Both the position numbers and the translations under genes were made by a program. The notes under the pieces are model-generated. The model was not told the DNA's origin, did no database searches, and saw only the letters and a program-made list of their open reading frames with translations. 64,000 bases of DNA from an uncultured Gammaproteobacteria bacterium (GTDB taxonomy: Bacteria; Patescibacteriota; Microgenomatia; UBA12405). Location of the stretch: contig CAYPBP010000002.1 in the NCBI GenBank assembly GCA_964408995.1, positions 32,491-96,490 of the forward strand, written 5' to 3'. Below are positions 7,724 to 17,972 of the stretch, piece by piece. Each line of letters opens with the position of its first letter. The first letter of the stretch is position 1.

Positions 7724-9928
7724 TTATCTTCGTGGGGGCCTAAAACCGCCATTAGAACGAGGTGGAGTGAAATTTCTAAAACCACCAGTGCGATTGTCTT
7801 GTTGATTATCAAAACCTTCTTCACGAGGTTGACCTGGATGAGCAGCTTTGAATTCTGGAGAAGATAATTTTATTTGATGATTATCATTGAACCCAGCGAT
7901 TTTGACGTTTAATCTGTCACCAACTTTAATAATTGAAGATGGATCGGATAAGAAACCTCCAGTCATTTCAGAGACATGTAATAAAGCTTCTCGGCCTGGT
8001 AAGAATTCAACAAAAGCACCAAATTGTTCGACTCGGGTAACAATACCTTCATAATCTTCACCAATTTGAACTTCTTTAATCATGGATTCGATTTCATAAG
8101 CAGCTTTGTCGATATCTTCCTTGCTTTGGGCAGAAATTGAAGCTTGACCATCATCATCGATATCAATTTGAACTCCATATTTTTGCATTAGGGCTTTGAT
8201 GGTTTTACCACCACTACCAATAACTTCACCGATTTTATCTTCTGGAAGACTAACCATGACAATTTTTGGAGCAAATTCTGACAACTCAGTTCGAGGAGCG
8301 GCTAAAACTGATTCCATTTTTTCTAAAATTTGAAGTCGAGCTTTAGTGCTGGCAGCAAAAGTATCAGTAATCATTTTTAAAGTGATGCCTTCTCTTTTGA
8401 TGTCTAATTGAATAGCAGTAATACCATCTTTGGTTCCAGTGATTTTGAAATCCATGTCACCAAAATGATCTTCGATGCCAGCAATGTCGGTTAATAAAAC
8501 ATAATCTTCATCAGTTTTGGCAACTAAGCCAATAGAAATTCCGGCAACTTTATCTTTAATTGGAACACCAGCGTCCATTAGAGACATGGTGGAACCACAA
8601 GTAGAAGCCATTGAAGAAGAACCATTTTGAGATAAAACTTCAGAAGTTAAAACAATAGTATAAGGAAAATCTTGTTCAGATGGAATAACAGGAAGTAGAG
8701 CTTTTTCTGCAAGAGCACCATGACCAACTTCTCTTCGACCTGGGCGACCAACTCGACCGGTTTGACCAGTAGAAAAAGGAGCAGCAGAATAATAGTGAAT
8801 ATATCTTTTGGTGGTTTCGCCACTAGAATCTTCTAAATATTGTTTATCTGCTAAAGGAGCAAGAGTAGTAACAGTGATAGCTTGAGTTAGACCTCTTTGG
8901 AAGAAAGCAGAACCATGAACGCATGGAAGAACTCCAGCTTCAACACCTAATTCTCTGACTTGGTCCATTTTTCTTTTGTCGTAACGATTACCTTTTAGAG
9001 TGTTTTCGCGGACATATTTTTTGATAATAGAATCAACTGCAGCAATGACATGGTTTTTGGAAACTTCTTCTGATTTAATTTTAGTTTCATAAGTTTCTAA
9101 AACTTGATCAATAATTTTTTCTTGACCAATCATATGAGCTCCATCAACACCAGCTTCTAAAAAGGCTTCAACTTGGGTTTTAATACTAGTTTCAATCTCA
9201 CTAATTAAAGTGGCAGATGGACCGGCTGGCTCATATTTAATTTTGGCTTTGCCACAAACTTTTGACCAGTCAGCAATTTCAATATTAATTTGATCACCAG
9301 TATTTTTGGCTAATTCAATAGCTTTTAGAGCAATATCGTTTTTGACAATATTAGCATCAGCTTCAATCATGTTTACACCAGAAGGGCCGGTGCAAACTAA
9401 TAAATCTAAATTAGAAGTTTCTAATTCTTTTTGACTTGGATTTAGAACTAATTGATCGTTGATTAAAGCAACACGAACAGCCGAAACTGGACCATTGAAA
9501 GGAATATCAGAAATAGCTAGTGCGGCCGAAGCGGCAGTGAAAGCTGGAATAATGACATCATTGGTCTTGTCATTACTTAAAACAGTAACGATGATTTGAA
9601 CTTCATTTAAAAAGTCTGAAGGGAATAAAGGTCTTAGAGATCGGTCGATAATTCGGCCAAAAAGAATGGCTGTATCAGATGGACCACCATCTCGTTTCAT
9701 CCATTTACTACCTTTGACGATACCACCAGCGTAAAGCTTGTCAACAAATTCGATGGATAAAGGAAAATAATCCTTTGATTCATCAGTTTTACCCATAATA
9801 ACGGTGGCTAAAACAGTAGTGTTGCCGTATTGAGCCACGACAGAGGCATTGGTTTGAGGAGCGAGCTTACCAGTAGATAAACTAATTTTTTTATCGCCCA
9901 CTAAAATATCTTTTGTATATGTTTCCAT
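7724..9928 (-). CDS. pnp: Polynucleotide phosphorylase
   Basis: 734 aa. Two RNase PH domains, KH (GEVIGSGGKTIKAL) and S1 (GIVTRVEQFGAFVEF) domains, plus an R/G-rich C-terminal tail. Confidence 0.92.
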   Translation of the reverse strand: METYTKDILVGDKKISLSTGKLAPQTNASVVAQYGNTTVLATVIMGKTDESKDYFPLSIEFVDKLYAGGIVKGSKWMKRDGGPSDTAILFGRIIDRSLRPLFPSDFLNEVQIIVTVLSNDKTNDVIIPAFTAASAALAISDIPFNGPVSAVRVALINDQLVLNPSQKELETSNLDLLVCTGPSGVNMIEADANIVKNDIALKAIELAKNTGDQINIEIADWSKVCGKAKIKYEPAGPSATLISEIETSIKTQVEAFLEAGVDGAHMIGQEKIIDQVLETYETKIKSEEVSKNHVIAAVDSIIKKYVRENTLKGNRYDKRKMDQVRELGVEAGVLPCVHGSAFFQRGLTQAITVTTLAPLADKQYLEDSSGETTKRYIHYYSAAPFSTGQTGRVGRPGRREVGHGALAEKALLPVIPSEQDFPYTIVLTSEVLSQNGSSSMASTCGSTMSLMDAGVPIKDKVAGISIGLVAKTDEDYVLLTDIAGIEDHFGDMDFKITGTKDGITAIQLDIKREGITLKMITDTFAASTKARLQILEKMESVLAAPRTELSEFAPKIVMVSLPEDKIGEVIGSGGKTIKALMQKYGVQIDIDDDGQASISAQSKEDIDKAAYEIESMIKEVQIGEDYEGIVTRVEQFGAFVEFLPGREALLHVSEMTGGFLSDPSSIIKVGDRLNVKIAGFNDNHQIKLSSPEFKAAHPGQPREEGFDNQQDNRTGGFRNFTPPRSNGGFRPPRR

Positions 9929-9954
9929 GATTAATTATAACTATAAACTAGCAA

Positions 9955-10224
9955 TTATTTTTTAAGACCGAGAGATTTGATAATTTCGGTGTATCTTTCA
10001 GGACTATGTGCTGAAATATAACGAAGTAAACGTCGTCTTTTAGAGATTTTGCTTAAAATTCCGCGTTTAGCTGGAGAATCGTGTTTGTTTTCAGTCAAAT
10101 GAGATTGAAGTTTTTCGACTTCCTTGGTTAAGATTGCGATTTGGACTTCTGGAGAACCAGTGTCGCCCTTATCTTGAGCATACTTATCAATAATTACTTT
10201 CTTTTCTTCTTTGGTTAATGCCAT
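9955..10224 (-). CDS. rpsO: 30S ribosomal protein S15
   Basis: 89 aa, MALTKEEKKVIIDKY...GDTGSPEVQIAILT...RRLLRYI. Classic rpsO-pnp gene pair. Confidence 0.95.
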   Translation of the reverse strand: MALTKEEKKVIIDKYAQDKGDTGSPEVQIAILTKEVEKLQSHLTENKHDSPAKRGILSKISKRRRLLRYISAHSPERYTEIIKSLGLKK

Positions 10225-10310
10225 AGATTATTTGGCTATTATCGGTTAATGTTTAATGTTTTGGAATGGCTACCAAAAGACCGAATATAGTCAGAAACGA
10301 TTATAACACA

Positions 10311-11213
10311 TCAATTAAAATTTAAGCTATCTACTATTTTTGAATCATAACAACTATCACCAGTTGAGTTTTTGGCAAGATTACATGCTTGTCCAAGTTC
10401 AAATAAGACTAATTTTCCTTTTGTTTGGTTATATCTTAATTTAACCATAAAATTCATAGGACATTCGCTTTCACCTAACTCTTTTCCATCTCCCAATATG
10501 CTGACATCAAAAGCTTCAGTGGTGTCAATTTTAGTTTTTTTACCAAGTTTACAACCTGAACCATATTTTGATTTAATAAATTGTTCTAGTTCCTCATCGT
10601 TTTTAATATTAGCAGCATAAATCTTTAGAGAAGTAATATTACCGCTAGATACCTTATCTTCTTCTATTAATTCAAAGTTAGTTTTTAATTTTTCACATCT
10701 AGAAAAATTACTTATTCCTTCTGATGTTTTTTGTTCACCGGTTAAACTATAAAAATTATCCGCTGCTAAATAAATAGTTTCCTTATTTTCAAAAAAATTA
10801 ATAGAAACATTGCCACTATTTGGTCTATAAGAATCAGGTTCTTTTTTGCATTCTACAGATCCACTTGCAAATTTTGGAATAGTTAAAGAAAAACCAAACT
10901 TATTGTTGGTATATAAATTATTATTGGCATCTTTTTCAATTAAAGTAGATTCTGTGGAAGCGAGGGTTGGAATGATAGTCGGAATTGTTTCTTCATTATC
11001 AGTTGTTTCTTGAGTTAAATCTGTGGTTAATTCTGTCGTTTGTTTGTTGTTTAATTGGTTAATTTTATTATTCAAAAGAAAATAAAAACCAATAATTAAA
11101 GCTAAAATAACAATAATCGAAGCAACAAATAAATATTTAAAAATGTTTGATTTCTTAACAGGTTCTATTGATTGAATTGGTTGAATCTCTGGATTTTGAT
11201 TTATATTGTCCAT
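10311..11213 (-). CDS. Hypothetical membrane-anchored, Cys-rich extracytoplasmic protein
   Basis: 300 aa with an N-terminal TM helix (IFKYLFVASIIVILALIIGFYFLL) and 8 Cys in the extracellular part. No recognisable domain. Confidence 0.4.
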   Translation of the reverse strand: MDNINQNPEIQPIQSIEPVKKSNIFKYLFVASIIVILALIIGFYFLLNNKINQLNNKQTTELTTDLTQETTDNEETIPTIIPTLASTESTLIEKDANNNLYTNNKFGFSLTIPKFASGSVECKKEPDSYRPNSGNVSINFFENKETIYLAADNFYSLTGEQKTSEGISNFSRCEKLKTNFELIEEDKVSSGNITSLKIYAANIKNDEELEQFIKSKYGSGCKLGKKTKIDTTEAFDVSILGDGKELGESECPMNFMVKLRYNQTKGKLVLFELGQACNLAKNSTGDSCYDSKIVDSLNFN

Positions 11214-11280
11214 ATAGTTTATATATTAAATCTTTATTGATTAAATTCAATTGGATATTGAAAAAATATCAAAAAAAATC

Positions 11281-11346
11281 CCGCATTAACGGGACTAAAA
11301 CCCACTCCTCTCAGATTTCATCTGAGGGACCTCCCTTGACAAGGAG
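11281..11346. repeat. Structured GC-rich multi-hairpin element (repeat family D, copy 1); could serve as a 3'UTR or terminator
   Basis: Three consecutive hairpins: cccgcattaacggg, cctctcagatttcatctgaggg and cctcccttgacaaggagg. On the minus strand the last is followed by a U-run. A related copy lies at 57500-57548. Confidence 0.45.
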
Positions 11347-11359
11347 GCTTTAAATATTT

Positions 11360-11551
11360 TTATTGACCATTGTTAGATTCACGCATATTTTCGGTGTAAA
11401 CACAACCGTCACCATCGAGAACAATAACCTCTCCAGGTTCTAATTCTATTCTTTTTAAGATTTCATCCAAATTTACCCTTCCTTCTTTGTGTGGTGAATT
11501 AATATCCCCAATTTCTCCATTTGGTTTTATATCTTTTTCGATTAATGGCAT
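11360..11551 (-). CDS. Hypothetical small protein
   Basis: 63-aa ORF between the DHH-like gene and the hairpin element. No recognisable motif. Confidence 0.3.
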   Translation of the reverse strand: MPLIEKDIKPNGEIGDINSPHKEGRVNLDEILKRIELEPGEVIVLDGDGCVYTENMRESNNGQ

Positions 11552-11556
11552 TTTAT

Positions 11557-12420
11557 TTAAGCGGTTGGGATCGAATCAGTTGGTTGGAATGGTTGATTAG
11601 TTTGACTTGATTTTTGGACTGGTTGGGTTGGTGACTGAACTGGTTGAGTTTGTGTTTCGCTTTGAGGAGGTTGAGATTGGACTGGTTGAGTTTGATTTGG
11701 TTGAACTGGAGGAACAAATTCAGTTAATTGAGTAGCACGTAAACAAGTAGCACCAGCTTCAAAAGTTTCTGGAGAAACATTAATTGAGAAAGATTGAGTA
11801 GCAACACGAAGAGCAATTAAAAGATTTTTAGCTGCATCTGGAGTTAGCTCTAGACCAAGCATAGGTAATAAGAAAGATAAAATTTCAGAAAAAGGAGCAT
11901 CTTGATCAATAATATTGGCTTTAGCCCATGACTTATTACCAATAGTTGGAGAGATGTTAATCCAATTACCTTTGTTAACCATATTAGAATTGACACCTAA
12001 GCTGGATTCGTCACCGAACATGAAGTTAATATCTGAAGAACCACCAGATTGATTATTGATAATAATTTGATCGTTAGAAACATTGACAGAACCGTCTTTG
12101 GTTTGAACAACTAAATTTAATTTGCCATTGTCTTGGTTGTAGGTAACTTTTTCAATTTGATCTAAAGGATAGTCAAGGGTGACAACTAGGTCGTTTTGAC
12201 CATAAACATCAGTCAAAAGTTCTAATCCACTTAATTTAGTGTAATTAGCATCAGTTTTTTGAGGACAAAAAACTTTTGGAGTAATATTTGATTTTTTTAG
12301 GAGAAGAGCTAGTGCCAAGGCTGAACCGATGCTATCAACACTAAGTTGAGGCACAACGATAAGAGCTGATTTGGCAGCACTGATTAAATTCTTGATTTCA
12401 GTAACTTGATAGTTTTTCAT
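11557..12420 (-). CDS. DHH-family-like (NrnA-like) protein with a degenerate metal-binding motif and a P/Q-rich C-terminal tail
   Basis: The N-terminal ...ALIVVPQLSVDSIGSALALALLLKK resembles DHH motifs I-II (HxxPDGDAIGS) but lacks the His/Asp residues. The C-terminal TQPVQSQPPQ repeats are encoded by ggactggttgag DNA repeats. Confidence 0.35.
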   Translation of the reverse strand: MKNYQVTEIKNLISAAKSALIVVPQLSVDSIGSALALALLLKKSNITPKVFCPQKTDANYTKLSGLELLTDVYGQNDLVVTLDYPLDQIEKVTYNQDNGKLNLVVQTKDGSVNVSNDQIIINNQSGGSSDINFMFGDESSLGVNSNMVNKGNWINISPTIGNKSWAKANIIDQDAPFSEILSFLLPMLGLELTPDAAKNLLIALRVATQSFSINVSPETFEAGATCLRATQLTEFVPPVQPNQTQPVQSQPPQSETQTQPVQSPTQPVQKSSQTNQPFQPTDSIPTA

Positions 12421-12500
12421 AAGAAGACCTGCTAGCTTTTAATTCTTATAAGAACCTTACGGTTCTTTTAACGTTCAATGAATAGCTGCGCTATAGCTAT

Positions 12501-13934
12501 CTACTTCGTGTTATAGGCTATTATAACATCATTTATCTTAAAATCAATATAGGGCTTGAAAGTCATGCCACATTCAGTTCCAGACTTGATTTTTTCGATA
12601 ATATTTTTAGCTTGGTGGATACCTTCAACCTTGGTATCTTTGATGATTTTGTCATCACGTTTTAAGTGAATTAAATCCCCTTTACAGATTTCTCCTTTAG
12701 TACATTGAACGCCAGAAATACGAACTTTATCGATTTTGAATTCAGCTTTAATCAAACCTTCTCCAAGAACAGTTTCGTCAATGGTAGGTTCTAAAAGATG
12801 TAAAACTTGGTTTTGAATATCTTCAATAATTTCATAAATAATTCTGGATTCAAAAATTCTGACCTTAGTATTCTCGGCTATTTGAGCAATGTGCTTTGGG
12901 GTAGAAACATTGAAGGCAAAAATTTGAGCTTTGGAAGCTTCGGCCAAGAAAACATCATTGTCAGAAACAGCACCAATCCCAGAAGAAATTACAATTACAT
13001 CTTCATTAAAGCTATTTTCTAGAGCTTCTAAAGTACCCCTAACATCGGCTTTTAAGATTACTTTTAACTTAGGATTTTCTTCGGTAGATTCGAGTAAAAC
13101 TCGTTGTTCTTTACTTGGTTGTAAACATTCAGATTTAGTAGAAATAACGAGGCTGCTAACTGGTGGAACTTTTTCAAAGCCTAAAACTTCAACTGGAGTG
13201 CTAGGACCAGCTTCTTTTAGAGAAACACCATTACAATCTATCATGGCTTTAACTTTACAAAGAATGTCTTCACAGTAAACAATGTCACCAACACGGAGAG
13301 TACCGTTGTTGACGATTAAGGAAGCCACTGGACCTCTAGCTTTATCGAGACGAGATTCGATAATAACAGCTTCAAAACAACCAGCTGGATCAGCTTGTAA
13401 CTCAAGAATTTCAGCATTTAATAAAATCATTTCTAAAAGATCTTCAATACCTTGACCAGTTTTGGCAGAAACTGGAAGAACAGCTAATTGACCACCATAT
13501 TCTTCGGGAGTATAGCCTAATTCAACTAATTGACCTTTAACTTTATCAGGAGAAGCATTTTCTAAATCAATTTTGTTCATGGCCACAATGAAAGGAATAT
13601 CGGTTTTTTTGATATGTTCGATACATTCTTTGGTTTGAGGCATGATGCCTTCGACAGCAGAAACAACTAAAATTATCATGTCGGTGGCTTTGGCACCACA
13701 AGCACGCATGTTTATAAAAGCAGCATGGCCGGGAGTATCGATAAAAGTGATTAGTTTAGCTTCGCCGTTTTTTTCAGTAACTTTAGCTTGATAAGCACCA
13801 ATGTGTTGAGTAATACCACCGGCTTCTTTTTTCCAGACATTAGTAGAACGAATCTTGTCTAAAAGAGAGGTTTTACCATGATCAATATGACCCATGACGG
13901 CAACGATCGGTGGACGAGTTAATTTATTAGTCAT
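12501..13934 (-). CDS. infB: Translation initiation factor IF-2 (short form: G domain plus C-terminal domains)
   Basis: [17 protein letters not shown] and NKID G-motifs. I place the start at the ATG (complement of 13932-13934), preceded by GGGGAG 9 nt upstream. The track's longer version begins with GTG inside a hairpin. Confidence 0.88.
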   Translation of the reverse strand: MTNKLTRPPIVAVMGHIDHGKTSLLDKIRSTNVWKKEAGGITQHIGAYQAKVTEKNGEAKLITFIDTPGHAAFINMRACGAKATDMIILVVSAVEGIMPQTKECIEHIKKTDIPFIVAMNKIDLENASPDKVKGQLVELGYTPEEYGGQLAVLPVSAKTGQGIEDLLEMILLNAEILELQADPAGCFEAVIIESRLDKARGPVASLIVNNGTLRVGDIVYCEDILCKVKAMIDCNGVSLKEAGPSTPVEVLGFEKVPPVSSLVISTKSECLQPSKEQRVLLESTEENPKLKVILKADVRGTLEALENSFNEDVIVISSGIGAVSDNDVFLAEASKAQIFAFNVSTPKHIAQIAENTKVRIFESRIIYEIIEDIQNQVLHLLEPTIDETVLGEGLIKAEFKIDKVRISGVQCTKGEICKGDLIHLKRDDKIIKDTKVEGIHQAKNIIEKIKSGTECGMTFKPYIDFKINDVIIAYNTK

Positions 13935-13939
13935 ATTTT

Positions 13940-13972
13940 CAATCTCCCCTAGCCCCTCTTTCACAAGAGGGG
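13940..13972. repeat. Family A GC-rich palindromic element, copy A1, in the nusA-infB intercistronic region
   Basis: caatctcccctagcccctctttcacaagagggg. The same ~35-nt motif occurs at 49741, 57555 and 61263. Confidence 0.7.
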
Positions 13973-13982
13973 AAAATTTAAT

Positions 13983-14987
13983 CTATTTTTTAGTTGAAGC
14001 TGGTTTAGTATCAGAACCAAGTTTGATTTCTAGACCAACTAATTGACCTGCCAAACGAACGTTTTCTCCACCACCACCAATAGCTAGAGCTAATTGTGAT
14101 TCTGGAATAGTAACGTTGGCATAATTGTCTGTTATTTCAATAATTTTGACGTCTTGGGCTGGAGAAAGAGCTTGAGCAATAAATTGGCTCAAGTTTTGAG
14201 AAAAACCAACAACGTCAACTTTTTCTTCGCTTGGAAGTTCACCTAAAATGGCTTGAATTCGAGAACCTTTTTGACCAATACAAGAACCAACAGGATCAAT
14301 GCCTGGTTGACTTGAAGAAACAGCAATTTTAGTTCTTTCACCTGGAGTTCTGGCAATGCGCTCAATTATGACTGAACCATTAGCAACTTCTGGAACTTCA
14401 CGAGCAAACAACTCTTTGACAAAATTATTATCTCTTCTTGAGAGAATGATTTCACTACGACCATTGTCGTCATGAGTAATTTCTTTTAATAAGAAGAATT
14501 TTTTAGCACCTAAAGGTAATATTTCATTTCTAATTTGTTCGTCTTTTGGACAAATTCCTTCGGTCTTGCCAACTCCAACAACCATTTTATAAGAATCATT
14601 TTTTAAAACAACACAAGAAATTAGAGTGCCAAGCTTTTTTTCAAATTCGGCCACAACTGATTCTTTTTCAGCTTCGTGAATTTTTTGATCAATAACTTGT
14701 TTGGCAGTTTGAGCAGCAATACGACCAAAACCTGGAGGAGTAACATCAGTTTTATTATCACCATCAACTTTGAAAACTCTAAAAGAGCCAATTTCTGGAG
14801 ATAATTCAGCCACAAATTGATCTTCTTCTGGAACTATGATGCCGTGTTCTTTTTGATCACGTTTATAAGCAAAAATTAAACCAAGCTCGATAGAATCCAA
14901 AATAGATTGAACATCAATATTTCTTTCACCGGCAATTTGAGCTACGGCAGCTGCAAACTCTGTTTTAGGTAGTTTTTTTAAGTCCAT
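13983..14987 (-). CDS. nusA: Transcription termination/antitermination factor NusA
   Basis: 334 aa with N-terminal domain, S1 and KH domains (GIDPVGSCIGQKGSRIQ). AAGGAGAA SD upstream of the ATG. nusA-infB synteny. Confidence 0.9.
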   Translation of the reverse strand: MDLKKLPKTEFAAAVAQIAGERNIDVQSILDSIELGLIFAYKRDQKEHGIIVPEEDQFVAELSPEIGSFRVFKVDGDNKTDVTPPGFGRIAAQTAKQVIDQKIHEAEKESVVAEFEKKLGTLISCVVLKNDSYKMVVGVGKTEGICPKDEQIRNEILPLGAKKFFLLKEITHDDNGRSEIILSRRDNNFVKELFAREVPEVANGSVIIERIARTPGERTKIAVSSSQPGIDPVGSCIGQKGSRIQAILGELPSEEKVDVVGFSQNLSQFIAQALSPAQDVKIIEITDNYANVTIPESQLALAIGGGGENVRLAGQLVGLEIKLGSDTKPASTKK

Positions 14988-15017
14988 TTTGAATTCTCCT
15001 TGGCAATGATTTAAAAA

Positions 15018-15040
15018 AGGGGCTTTGTAGGCCCCTTAAA
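15018..15040 (-). terminator. Intrinsic terminator downstream of dnaJ, upstream of nusA
   Basis: aaggggctttgtaggcccctt hairpin. On the minus strand it reads ggggcctacaaagcccc followed by tttttt. Confidence 0.6.
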
Positions 15041-15085
15041 CAAAAACACTGCAAAAATTATTATGTCTAGATTATACCAGAAATT

Positions 15086-15943
15086 TTACAAATCGAGCTG
15101 TTTTAATAGATCTTTTTGACGACTGGAAAGACGAGTTGGAATTTCAACAAAAAGACGAATATAAAAATCACCTTGACCATAACCATTAACATCTTTAATC
15201 CCCTGACCCTTAAGGCGAACCAAAGTGTTTGGTTGAGTGCCTGGTTTGACTCTAACTTTAAGAGAATCTTTTAGAGTGGGAACTTCAATAGTATCACCGA
15301 AAATGGCTTGAGTAAGGCTAATATTGGCATTTATATAAACGTCATTACCATCACGTTTAAAAACTTTATCAGGTTGGACATCAATATAAAGAACAAAATC
15401 AGAAAAACGAATTTTTTGACCATCATCAACACCAGCTGGAATTTTAATAGTCTTCTTTTTACCTCCAATTAAAACTTCTTTTTGAACACCGTTGGCAGCT
15501 TCTAGAAAAGAAACACTAATTTTGTAGGTTTCTAATTGTCTGCCTCGGCTTTGTTGACCACCAAAAGATCCACCAAAGAATTGTTCAAAAATATCAAAAG
15601 GATTATTGAAACCTTCAAAATCAAAACTGGCACCACTAAAAGGATTACCACCAGAGGAACTAGTATAAGTGAAAGGGCCATTTTGGCTGGTATAAGTGTG
15701 ACCACCCATACCACCTGAGCCTTGATCAAAAGCAGCATGACCAAATTGGTCATAAGCAGACTTTTTTTGATCATTACTCAAAACTTCATAAGCTTCGTTG
15801 ATTTCTTTGAATTTTTCCTCGGCATCAGGAGATTTATTCTTATCTGGATGAAACTTTAAAGCCGACTTTCGATAAGCGCTTTTGATTTCATCCTTGCTGG
15901 CGTTTTTGGAAACACCTAAAGTTTCATAAAAATCTTTTTTCAT
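15086..15943 (-). CDS. dnaJ: DnaJ-class co-chaperone (J domain, G/F-rich region and C-terminal substrate-binding domains; no CxxCxGxG zinc finger, CbpA-like)
   Basis: [11 protein letters not shown]...HPDKN J domain, then a GGMGGH/FGG G/F region. No Cys-repeat. I place the start at the MKKDFY Met. Confidence 0.85.
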   Translation of the reverse strand: MKKDFYETLGVSKNASKDEIKSAYRKSALKFHPDKNKSPDAEEKFKEINEAYEVLSNDQKKSAYDQFGHAAFDQGSGGMGGHTYTSQNGPFTYTSSSGGNPFSGASFDFEGFNNPFDIFEQFFGGSFGGQQSRGRQLETYKISVSFLEAANGVQKEVLIGGKKKTIKIPAGVDDGQKIRFSDFVLYIDVQPDKVFKRDGNDVYINANISLTQAIFGDTIEVPTLKDSLKVRVKPGTQPNTLVRLKGQGIKDVNGYGQGDFYIRLFVEIPTRLSSRQKDLLKQLDL

Positions 15944-15954
15944 AAAAACCATTC

Positions 15955-15982
15955 ATTCACCCCCGCTGTTGCGGGGGTGAAT
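15955..15982 (-). terminator. Hairpin between dnaK and dnaJ (attenuator or terminator)
   Basis: tcacccccgctgttgcgggggtga, a perfect 10-bp stem, followed on the minus strand by a T-rich run. Confidence 0.55.
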
Positions 15983-15993
15983 AGTAATATTTT

Positions 15994-17907
15994 TTATTCT
16001 ACCACTTCCCCTTCTTCAACTTTTTTATCATCAGCTTTAACTTCTTCGGCTTCTTTTGGCTCGGCATCTTTTGATTCAGCTTCTGGTCCGCCAGTTGGAG
16101 GTTGTTGTTGCTCATAGATAGCAGCACCAACAGTTTGAAGAATTTGACCTAACTCTTCTGAAGCTTTGTCCATTTCATCTTTGGTAGCATCAGTTTTGGC
16201 TAAAATATCTTGAGAAGATTTGATTTGTTCTTCAATTTTGGCCTTATCTTCTGGTTTAACTTTATCGGCAAAATCTTTTAAAGTTTTTTCACCAGAGAAA
16301 ATGGTGCCATCTAATTTATTTCTAGATTCAGCTAAACCTTTTTTCTCTTCATCTTCTTGAGCATGAGCTTCGGCTTCTTTTTTCATTTGCTCAATCTCTT
16401 CCTCTTTGAGATTAGTAGCATTTTGAATAGTAATGCGTTGCTCTTTGCCAGTGCCTTTGTCTTTGGCAGAAACTGAAAGAATGCCGTTACTGTCGATATC
16501 GAAAGTAACTTCGATTTGAGGCATACCACGAGGTGCAGGTGGAATTCCGTCTAAAATAAATCTACCAAGAGATTTATTGTCAGTAGCCATTGGACGCTCA
16601 CCTTGAAGAACATTGATTTCAACTTGAGGTTGATTGTCAGCATAGGTAGTAAAGATTTGAGATTTTTTGGTAGGAACAGTAGTATTTCTCTCGATTAGAG
16701 GAGTTCTAACTCCACCGGCAGTTTCAATACCAAAAGTTAAAGGAGTGACGTCCAAAAGAACTACATCTTTAACTTCACCAGTTAAGACAGCTCCTTGAAC
16801 AGCAGCACCAATAGCCACAACTTCATCTGGATTAACAGTGTTGTTTAAATCTTTACCAAAGAAGTTTTTAATCACCTCTTGGACTTTTGGCATACGGGTC
16901 ATACCACCGACCATAATGACTTCTTTGATGTCCGACTTAGTAACTTTGGCATCTTTTAGAGCTTTTTCGACTGGAGCAATAGTTTTTTGAATTAAATCAT
17001 CAACTAATTTTTCCAATTCAGATCGAGTCATTTTCTTGGTCAAGTGAAGTGGGTTACCATCTTTTTGAGTGATGAATGGTAAATTGATTTCAGTTTCAGC
17101 AGCAGAGCTTAATTCGATTTTAGCTTTTTCGGCAGCTTCTCGGACACGTTGTAGAGCTTGAGGATCTTTACTTAAATCAACCCCATTTTGTTTTTGGAAA
17201 TCATCAGTAATCCAAGTAATAATTTTTTGATCAAAATCATCACCACCAAGGAAAGTATCACCGTTGGTAGCTTTAACCTCAAAAATACCATCGCCGATTT
17301 CAAGAATGGAAATATCAAAAGTACCTCCACCTAAATCATAAACAGCAACTAATTCGTTACCTTTTTTGTCCAAACCATAGGCTAGTGCAGCTGCAGTTGG
17401 TTCATTAACAATTCTTTGAACATTAAGACCAGCAATTTCACCGGCTTGCTTGGTAGCTTGTCTTTGAGAATCGTCAAAATAAGCAGGAACAGTGATGACA
17501 GCATCAGTGACTTTTTCACCTAAATATTTTTCAGCATCAGCTTTGGCTTTTTGCAAAATCATAGCTGAAATCTCTTGAGGAGTATAGACTTTTCCCTCGA
17601 CCTCAACAGAAGCAGTATTGTCTTTACCAGCAACTATTTTATAAGGAGCAACACTTTGAGTTTTTTTAACTTCTGGATCGTCCATACGTTGACCCATTAA
17701 ACGTTTGACACTATAGATAGTGTTTTTTGAATTAAGAACCATTTGGCGTTTGGCTAAATCGCCAACCAATTTTTTGACTGGTTCAACGATAGAAGGGATA
17801 GTATTTCGACCTTCTGAGGTAATGATGACTTTAGGGACACCGCCCTCCATAACAGCAACGCAGGAGTTAGTGGTTCCTAAATCGATTCCGATTATTTTGT
17901 TTGACAT
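15994..17907 (-). CDS. dnaK: Chaperone DnaK (Hsp70)
   Basis: 637 aa. [22 protein letters not shown] and the conserved substrate-binding domain. Confidence 0.97.
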   Translation of the reverse strand: MSNKIIGIDLGTTNSCVAVMEGGVPKVIITSEGRNTIPSIVEPVKKLVGDLAKRQMVLNSKNTIYSVKRLMGQRMDDPEVKKTQSVAPYKIVAGKDNTASVEVEGKVYTPQEISAMILQKAKADAEKYLGEKVTDAVITVPAYFDDSQRQATKQAGEIAGLNVQRIVNEPTAAALAYGLDKKGNELVAVYDLGGGTFDISILEIGDGIFEVKATNGDTFLGGDDFDQKIITWITDDFQKQNGVDLSKDPQALQRVREAAEKAKIELSSAAETEINLPFITQKDGNPLHLTKKMTRSELEKLVDDLIQKTIAPVEKALKDAKVTKSDIKEVIMVGGMTRMPKVQEVIKNFFGKDLNNTVNPDEVVAIGAAVQGAVLTGEVKDVVLLDVTPLTFGIETAGGVRTPLIERNTTVPTKKSQIFTTYADNQPQVEINVLQGERPMATDNKSLGRFILDGIPPAPRGMPQIEVTFDIDSNGILSVSAKDKGTGKEQRITIQNATNLKEEEIEQMKKEAEAHAQEDEEKKGLAESRNKLDGTIFSGEKTLKDFADKVKPEDKAKIEEQIKSSQDILAKTDATKDEMDKASEELGQILQTVGAAIYEQQQPPTGGPEAESKDAEPKEAEEVKADDKKVEEGEVVE

Positions 17908-17972
17908 AGTTGTTTAGTGCTTTAGATCGTTAGATCGTTAGAGCTTTAGTTAGTTAATAAATAAATAAATAA

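Noticed and set aside
11281-11346. Possible tRNA: a 5-bp stem with a 7-nt loop (ctcag-atgaaat-ctgag) resembling an anticodon arm
   Set aside because: No acceptor stem, D-arm or canonical T-loop (TTCRA) can be built on either strand. Interpreted as a repeat or terminator hairpin instead.
12807-13278. Plus-strand ORFs within infB
   Set aside because: Antisense to a confidently identified GTPase gene.
15050-15062. Extended -10-like tggtataat between dnaJ and nusA
   Set aside because: It lies upstream of, rather than downstream from, the strong terminator hairpin (15018-15040) on the transcribed strand, and no -35 sits at proper spacing. It was left uncalled.
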